From Octopus sinensis (taxonomy: Eukaryota), in the NCBI RefSeq assembly GCF_006345805.1, contig NC_042997.1, positions 78,430,001 through 78,494,000 of the forward strand: a stretch of 64,000 nucleotides of DNA, written 5' to 3'. Positions 55,828 to 64,000 of this stretch are shown here, one piece after another (position 1 is the stretch's first letter; each line of letters begins with the position of its first letter). Under the pieces are notes generated by a model, which saw nothing but the letters and a program-made list of their open reading frames with translations, made no database searches and was not told the origin of the DNA. A program made the translations under genes and the position numbers.

Positions 55828-56235
55828 AACAAATTAAAAAGGGTGGCTTATTAGCAATTAGAACCTAAAGGCAAAATTAATAGAGGTCACAAAAGTAACA
55901 GAGGATAGCACTGTTTTTGCTAAAAATATGAGTTAAAATAACTCAAAAGCCACAAAGCACTGAACTTATTGATTGACAAAGGGAGATTAGTCCCTATCGT
56001 ACATAGTCGGATCGTGATTTCGGATTTTGATGTAGGCCACCTTAATCCTCATCAGTGACTCTTAACGCCTAGGGTTAAAGTAAACTACCTCTGTCAATCT
56101 TATAAGAAAAACCGTTGAAAGCGTTTGCTGATTTTCAAAACGGTAAAAATGTAAACAACAAATTAAGAACTTAAAAAATAAGCCACCCTTTTTAATTTGT
56201 TGTTTACACTTTTACCGTTTTGAAAATCAGCACAT
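55828..56235. mobile_element. Unclassified inverted-repeat (foldback-type) DNA element
   Basis: aacaaattaaaaagggtggcttatt (55828) is inverted at about 56184-56208; a 41-bp arm at 56123-56163 is inverted at about 56196-56235. Confidence 0.6.
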
Positions 56236-56239
56236 GTTT

Positions 56240-57094
56240 TCAATGCGATTTAAGGAAAATAAGTCACGCAGTCTGACTTTGTAACAAAGACCGACGGAAG
56301 CAAGTAAGGTTTAAAATAGCTGGAGAAACCATGCCAACGGTTAAAGACAAACCTGTAAAAATTAGGACGATGGTATACTAACTCCTTCTCTGATAAGGGT
56401 AGGGGCGTTGAGATCATGGCGAAAACCGAAGATGGGTTGAAAGCCACAAGTCAAAACTACCGGGCAAATATAAGATCTGGTGCTTGCAGTTTGGCATATA
56501 TCCCCGTATTGCTTGGCCCTTGTTCATATATGAAGTAGCACTGTCAAGAGTGGAGCATGCAGTGTTTGCATCAGAAGATGACATGATCTACTTTTAAAAA
56601 TTAACAAAGCTGGAAAGGTGCGAACGGTCATCAAACTATAGAGTCCAGATGTCAAAACTGCATGAAAATGGAGCGCAGAAAAAGAAACTAATGACAAAAA
56701 CATACCTGGAACAACGAGATACAGTGGGCGCAATTCAAAGTGACCGGAAGGAGATTGGTTGCAATCAATTTTAAACATTTTCGACAATGACACAGAGGGA
56801 GCGTAGAGCCACCGTTAGTAACTATGTTAAAGTGAGAGAAGCCGGGAAAAGGGAATTGCATTTAACTCGATGATCAGCAAGGTCAGATGAGGAAGTGCGA
56901 AGAAAAAATTACTGAAAGGAAGGTAGGTTGGAGCACATCACGGTTGAGTTTCCTTTTTCAAGCCACCTATGATGTATTACCATCTCCATGCAACCACTGA
57001 GATGGAATATAGCGAATGACGACAAATGGAAATGCGGAAAAGTTGGCATACTAAAGAATATTTTATCTAACTGTTCAATAGCGTTGGAAAGTTG
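56240..57094 (+). mobile_element. HERO-like RLE retrotransposon fragment, copy 2
   Basis: FKIAGETMPTVKDKPVK.LGRWY, KSKLPGKYKIWCLQFGIYPRIAWPLFIYEV, CGKVGILKNILSNCSIAL; ends at the mariner insertion. Confidence 0.8.
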
Positions 57095-57096
57095 TA

Positions 57097-57946
57097 CGAG
57101 GTCTGATCAATAAGTATCCGCACTGCTGGCACAGCCACGAAGCTAAAGCACGCAGAGTGAAGCCGCTTCCACAGATTGACCTTGCTGTATCTGAGCACTA
57201 AGTTTTAACGTTCTTAGCTCACTTCCACTGTTTACAGCAGTGCTTCGAAGTAACGTGCGATCGTCGCATTGACCATGACACAGAAAGTTGTCACGGCGAG
57301 ACCTGTACAGAGGCCTACGCAAAGTTGCAGAAAGTATATGGAGAGGAGTGTATAAGCCGCACACAAGTGTACAAGTGGTTCAGACGTTTCCAAGATGGCC
57401 GAGAAAAGTCGATAGTGACGAACGTTCTGGGGAACTCGCAACCAGCAGAACTGAAAAAAACATTGCAGATGTGTATGCAGCTGTGAGGGGAAACCTTCGA
57501 ATCACTATCCATGAGTTATCGGAGGATGTGCAGATTAGTTAAGGTTCAGTTCAGTCCATTATCACTGGGTATGAGACAACGCGTGTCTGCTAAGTTTGTG
57601 CCAAAACCGCTTTCAGCTGACCAAAAGGACACTCGGGTTTCAGTTGCACAAAATTTCCTTGATTGTGTCGGGAACGATGAAAGCCTTTTTAAAACATTGC
57701 GTAGGCCTTTGAGCAGGTATCGCCAAGATTTTGGCAAAATTTGATGCAGACTCTCCGGTCAACTTTCTCTGTCGTGATCAATGCGACGAACATGTTACTT
57801 CCAAGCACTGCTGTAAACAGCAGAAGTGAGCTAGAACGTTCAAATTTAATGCGCATACACAGCAGAATTCAAGGTCAACCTGTGCCAAGCGACTTCCGCT
57901 GTTACTATGGCAACAACCCGGCCGGATACTTATTGATCAGACCACG
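57097..57946. mobile_element. Mariner derivative made of two inverted 5' ends
   Basis: TIRs TACGAGGTCTGATCAATAAGTATCCG / CGGATACTTATTGATCAGACCACGTA; transposase N-terminus on + (..VYKWFRRFQDGR..VSAKFVPKPL); inverted copy of 5' UTR and start codon at about 57688-57946. Confidence 0.88.
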
Positions 57947-58097
57947 TACGTACATACATACATACATACATACATACATACACGCATACATACATACATA
58001 CATACATACATACATACATACATGCATACATACATACATACATACATACATACATACATACATACATACATACATACATACATACACACACACACGC

Positions 58098-58128
<31 letters not shown>

Positions 58129-58142
58129 CATACATACATACA

Positions 58143-58170
<28 letters not shown>
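57947..58170 (+). repeat. (CATA)n microsatellite
   Basis: Directly visible; starts at the mariner TA. Confidence 0.98.
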
Positions 58171-58173
<3 letters not shown>

Positions 58174-59384
58174 TTCACTCTCTCTTTTATCACTGAAAGC
58201 AATTGCTGCACTAAGGTTAATATGGCGTATACGTAAAGCAGGAGGCACTGCTTTAGAAACTTATCTCAGTTACATTTGGACACCTGATATTCAAGAATTC
58301 CTCACTCTTTCTAACTCTTTCTGAGACGTTCTGAAGGTATAATTTGAAGTGGAGTAAAAAGCAAAGATTCGAAGTATTATCAACACATTTTGTCGGGCAG
58401 GAATTCATTTCATCGTGCCCGTAGCTTGTGTCGTGAAGATATATACGAATACTTCTTCCTACTTGAAGATAATGAAACGGTATATGTTATAACAAATGAA
58501 AAATGTAAACGTATTCGTTCATTTTATTAATGTTAAGTTCTTGTAGTTGTACTTTTACCATATACTGCTGTCCTCGACTCGGTTTTGAGTTTCCGTTTTA
58601 TTCCCTCGCATCGTTTAATCTTGTGAAAGTGGAATGAGAGTCAAATAATCTCGTTTCCATAGTCTGCAGTTTTAAGAAATAATATTTTGCTTGGTCGCAA
58701 TCTCGTTAAATAGAGTCTAGATTCTGGATTCAGTTTTCATACAACACCGTTACACTTCCTTTTAACTTTTGCAGCTAATGGACAGAGAAAGGCATGGACA
58801 TAGCAAATTCTAAATCTTTCTCATTGCAAATAAAAATTAATGTATTTTTAATTGACCTTGTATTGTACAACTGTGTTGCGTCTCATTTAATTATATTCAG
58901 TTTCTCAAGTAGAAATGTTTTGTCTTTATATCAATTTCAATTTATACATTTGGCACAGAATTGAACATCAGAGCTTCCCATTTCACTTTCACTTAAGAAC
59001 TTCAAGATTCCTGCCTATGAAAGAAATGAAACAGTTACAGAAAGTTTATGGACACCAAAACTCATTAACACTGATACCTATATCTGAGGAGAGTATATTT
59101 ATATACAGACTAGCGTCTGTGTAATTAATTATTTACTTAGTACTATCTGACGAAGTTGTTGGTCACTAACTATATGAAAAGTCACGAACACATTGTTTGT
59201 CATTAAGATGTCATCAAATAGACACAAGTTGTTCTGCCAGTAACTAAACACTCATATTGTTGCCACAATGCTGTGACAACTGATTTTTCTTATTTGGATA
59301 TAAACCTTGCTTCGTGGGACTGAAAGAAATAACCACAGCATTTTCCAGTCTTATTTTCTTTTACTTATTCCAGTCATTGAACTT

Positions 59385-59690
59385 CGATGATTATGGGGCA
59401 ACGCTTTGAAAGGTTTTAGCCGAGAAATCGGTCAAGAATTTATTTTTCTTTTTAAGTCCAGTACTTATCCCATCGGCCTCTGTGACGAAACGCTAAGTTA
59501 CGGTAGTGAAGTGGTGGTGGGACAAACACAGTCACAAAGACACACACACACGTGTGTATATATGTACGACAAGCTTCCACACAGTTTCCATCTACCAAAT
59601 TCACTAAGAAAATATTGGTCAACCTAGGGCTATAGTAGAAGTCACTTGCTCAAAGTGCCACGCAATAGAACTGATCCTAAAACTACATGA
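59385..59690 (-). mobile_element. SINE family B (diverged)
   Basis: Reverse complement contains gcgtggcactttgagcaagtgacttctactatagccctagg..gaatttggtagatggaaactg. Confidence 0.75.
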
Positions 59691-59967
59691 TCATGATACT
59701 TGTGTTATGAATAAATAAAAATAAATAAATTAAATAAAAATATGAACTGATACGCACGCACATACACACACACACATACATGCACATGATATGAGTGTAC
59801 GTCTAATGTAATACATTTATTTATTTTGAAAAGGTATTTGTACATCGGAGATTCCGACTGTACCAAAAAGGTTTCAAATTATACTTTAGTTTCTGTTTAT
59901 CTTCCATTTACTGACAATTTAAATAATGCTGCATAAGAGGAAAATTGTATTCCTTACAATTTAGAGA

Positions 59968-60195
59968 TAGGAGCAGGCATAGCTGTGTGGTAAGAAGTTT
60001 GTTTCCCAACTACATGTTTCCGGGTTCAGTACCACTGCATGGCACCTGGGGCAGATGTCTTCTATAGCCTCGGTCTGACCAAGTCCTAGTGAGAGAATTT
60101 GGTAGACGGAAACTGAAAGAGGCCCGTCGTATAAGTGCGTTCATATCTGTGTGTGCCCGCGCACGCCTTTGTGTATGTGTCAGTCCCTCACCAAT
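59968..60195 (+). mobile_element. SINE family B (3' truncated)
   Basis: aggagcaggcatagctgtgtggtaagaag...ttggtagacggaaactgaaagaggcccgtcg. Confidence 0.85.
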
Positions 60196-60261
60196 GCTCA
60201 ACTATTAAGGTTGTCCGCCAAGTTCTGAGTGTTTTTTTAATATGCAAAAAGAGATATAAAT

Positions 60262-63200
60262 AATCTGGACAACAAAGATTTTGCTACTGGGGTAAAAGCA
60301 TGTGTTTTAGACTAAATCGGGGATGTTGATTCCGAATCCGCACTCAGAATCGTTCTAGCACGTCAGGATTTTGATGTACAATATTATAACTATACTTTCG
60401 GCTAGATATAGGCAGTATTATAAAATTTGCTAAAATAAAAGCAGTCTTAATTCAATATTTAAGAAATAACAGAAATAGAACAAACGATGAGAAAGATCAT
60501 TATTTAATTTAGCAATAGATGACGCTGATGTATTGTGTACAAGCGCCAAATACGTCAGTTTCTTCTGGGTAGCTCTCAGTGTCGTTCGCGCAGTCGTCAT
60601 GAGTGGTATTTGTATCTCTCGCTCTGCGTCATTACTGTTTTAACTGTGTTCATTGTATTAGATCATGAATAGGAAAGGTTGTGTGAATCCCGCAGACAAG
60701 TTTTGTTATGTCTGTGGAAAATTTGCTTCGCGTGACTAGCGGGAGAACATTGCCACCAAGCTAAAAGCTGCTTATAAATATTTCGGGTGTAAATTTGGGG
60801 ACCAAAACAAGAGGTGGGCACCTTATATATGCTGCACCGTGTGTTACTCAGCGCTTACACAGTGGCTGAATGGTATGGCGTGAGCCAACCAATCGTGTCT
60901 CTGACTGTTACTTTTGCATGACCAATATTAGTGGTTTGTCAAGGAAAACCAAAGCAAAAATTGTGCATGCAGAAAACCAGTCCCACATGACTTCGAGGAC
61001 CCTGTCCCAATTCCCCTCTCACATGATTCATTTGCATACCTTGACGCGTCGCACGATGAACCTCCAAGCATTGTCAAAGGAGAAGGTAGAAGTTTTGGGA
61101 TCGAGACTACAGCAACGGAATCTCCTAGAGCAAGGTACGAACATTTCGATTTTCTACTCTCGCTATGAAGGCTTATCTGTCTTTTTCAAGCAAGAAAGTA
61201 ATGCTTGTTTCTGTACCAACATTAATGCACTCATACAAAAACTAGGACACGTGTATGTGGCTAACGAAAGGAGATTGTTTATAGACCCGAGTAAGGTTAG
61301 CCTCAAAGCTGTGTTGTTACATAATGGTAATGAAAAGCCTTTCATTCCTGTGGGTCGTGTTGTCGGTATGGAAGAAACTTATGAATCGATGGAACTCATT
61401 CTGAAAGGAGTTAATTACTCAGTTCATAAGTGGAATATTTGTGGTGATTTAAAGGTGATTTCCCTTGTCCTGGGACTGTAGCTGGGATATACCTAAGATA
61501 TGTGCTTCTTGTATGTTTGGAACAGCCACGACGACAGTAATCATTAAACTGTAAAAGGCTGGCCTAAAAGAGATGAGCGCATAGTTGATCGGTACAATGT
61601 GCAGCATATGCCACCGGTAGACTCACAAAAAAATCTTCCTTCCACCCATTCACATCAAACTCGGCCTCATGAAAAACTTCGTAAAAGCAATGACACGTTG
61701 GTTGTGGCTTTCAGTACCTAAAAGTAAAATTTGGTGCAGAGAAAAGTGGCACAAAACTGAAAGCAGACATTTTCATTGGACCCTAGATTTAGAGAAATTT
61801 ATGCCTAAATCTCTAGATTTATGCATAAATCGTCAAGTATGAAATTTGTAGTAAGGTATATGGTAAACTTTGACAGCTGCTCATTTTGCGCCATTATTAT
61901 ATTTTAACAATCTTTATTTTTAGTAGAAATCTGACTCATCTGTTTCTTTATTCTAATTCATTTTGAGCTTTATAAACTATTTATAAATCGTTTTTTGTTA
62001 TTTTTGTTAAGACATGGATAAATCGGAAATTCGTACAGCTTTGAAATATGAGTTCTTTCTTGGAAATACAGCATCACAGACAGCTCGGAATATTAATGAA
62101 ATATTTCATTCTAATGTTATTGCACAGCAGACAGTATCAAAATGATTTGCAAAATTTCGTTCTGGTAACTTTGACCTCACAAATGAGCAACGCGGTCGAC
62201 CAGAAACAAAGGTGGATAAAGACGAACTGAAAGCCACCGTCCAGTCAGATCCATCTCAAGTTACCCGTGAATTATCGTTGTTGTTTGGTGTTAGCAAGAA
62301 AACAATATTGACTCACCTAGTTCAAGTCGGTAAAGTGAAAAAGTTGGATAAGTGGGTTCCACATGAACTCAATGAAAATCAGAAGCAGCAACGTTTGGAA
62401 GCCTGCATTATGCTACTTTCTCGTCACAAAAACACAAAAATGCATCGGTTTTGAACCGAATTGCAACATGTGATGAGAAATGTATCCAATACAACAACCT
62501 TAAACGTTCAGCCCAATGGTTGGACTAAAACGAGCCACCAAAACACAATCCAAAAAGCAAAATTCATCAAAAGAAGCTGATGGTGCATATTTGGTGGTCT
62601 GGCGCAGGTGTGATCCATTATAATTTCATAAAACCTGGCTCATCAATCACAGCCGAAGTATACTGCAGCCAACTGGACCAAATGATGCAGAGACTTACAA
62701 AAAAAACAACCTAGATTAGTCAACAGATTCACTCCTATTTAAGTGCAAGTGAACGCCAGACCGCACATCGCAATAATGACATTGGCGAAACTACAAGAGT
62801 TGAAGTTGGAGTTGGATTCCATCATCCACCATACTCACTTAATCTTTCCCCCACTGACTACCACTTCTTCCAGAATTTGGGTAGCTTTTTGATAGGAAAA
62901 ATATTTAATTCTGACGATGCTGTAAAACAGGCCTTCCAAGATTTTATTGACTCTAGAGTGTCAGGCTTTTACAGTTCCGGGCTGGACAAGCTGCCGCTGA
63001 AATGGTAAAAGTGTATTGACAATATAGGTGCATACTTTGATGAATAAAACTATTCCTTGTATTTATAAAATATTTTTCCTTTTCTACAAATTTCATACTT
63101 GACGACAAATTCAGAGGTAAACTGAATCCAGTTGAGCTGACGACATGGGATTCATTCGTATTAGTTGTACAGAACTTTTTGGGGAATCATAAAGCTGAAA

Positions 63201-63520
63201 ACTATGCTGATTTAATAAACAACGTGCTAACAGCGTTTGAAAGAATGGGATGCCGAATGTCCCTTAAAATGCACTTCTTGCATTCTCATCTTGATTTTTT
63301 TTTCCGATGAATCTTGGTGCCGTTAATGATGAGCATGGTGAAACATATCTGAGATGGAAACGAGGTGTCAAGGCCGGTTCAATCCACACATGATTGGTGA
63401 CTACTGCTGGTTCCTACAACGGGAGACCAGCACGACACATAATCGTAAACGCAAGTGTCTCAAACATTTCTGAGCTGAGCATATCAAAAATAAAATGAGT
63501 ATTCCTTTAACATAAATATA
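60262..63520 (+). mobile_element. Chapaev3-like DNA transposon remnant, copy 2, interrupted by a mariner
   Basis: ctggacaacaaag left end; MNRKGCVNPADKFCYVCG (60666); MVWREPTNRVSDCYFC; WNICGDLKV; HIKLGLMKNFVKA; resumes at about 63105 with KFRGKL..MSLKMHFLHSHLDFFP..GAVNDEHGE. Confidence 0.82.
61826..63105 (+). mobile_element. Near full-length mariner (Hsmar1/cecropia-like) with decayed transposase
   Basis: TIR core cgtcaagtatgaaatttgtag / ctacaaatttcatacttgacg; MDKSEIR.. (62014), WVPHEL, TCDEK, HPPYSLNLSPTDYHFF, CID..GAYFDE*. Confidence 0.92.
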
Positions 63521-63664
63521 TTATGTACCATTATATTATAATATTATTTGCCTTGAACATAAATATTCTACATACAGTACTAGTATAATACTGATGTCGT
63601 TGTAACCGACTGGTCCCCTCCTCCAGAATTTCAAACCTTGTGCAAAGTATTATTATTAAGGATC

Positions 63665-64000
63665 TTTGCAATTTAATGACCTATCAGGCAATTTAAATAT
63701 TCCATCAGCATAAATTTTGACTGGTTTTGAAGAAAAATGCTTTGACTCCATCTGAAACATTAATTTTTTTTCTTTGCAATGAGTTCTGTAGAGAGAAAAA
63801 ATGAGTTTTAGCCAGATGGCGCAATATCAGGAGAATATGTTGAATTGGGTAGGAGATCCCAACCAAATCCGTGTAACTTTGTTCGGAGAGCCAAAGACAC
63901 ATGTGGTCGGGCATTGTCTTGTTGGAACACTACCCCTTTCCTCTTGGCAATCTCCGGCACAAATTCTTGTATTTTTTGGTTCAAACTAGACAGCTGGCGA
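63665..64000 (-). mobile_element. Mariner transposase C-terminal remnant, runs off the window
   Basis: Broken frames NARPH, HPTQYSPDIAPS, SLQNSL..KK, GVKAFF. Confidence 0.7.

Overview
AT-rich animal genomic DNA. The SINE families and microsatellite load look like a coleoid cephalopod such as Octopus; this is recognition, not a database match. I can support no intact host protein-coding gene, tRNA/rRNA gene or CRISPR array. The window is a transposon graveyard: RLE-type non-LTR retrotransposons (R4/Dong-like and HERO-like), L1/Tx1-like, RTE and CR1-group LINE remnants, several Tc1/mariner elements and MITEs, two Chapaev3-like (CMC) transposons, tRNA-derived SINEs and very dense microsatellites. 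Most ORFs in the supplied track are microsatellite artefacts or broken TE frames. The main observations are: (1) a 150-bp segment of one decayed retrotransposon copied with 100% identity into a different element 5.3 kb away, plus a second isolated 28-bp exact copy; (2) an RLE retrotransposon family whose ends repeatedly abut (CATA)n tracts, alongside an (AAT)n-associated R4/Dong-like cluster; (3) a mariner built from two inverted 5' ends, a 244-bp near-perfect hairpin and two hammerhead-like motifs.
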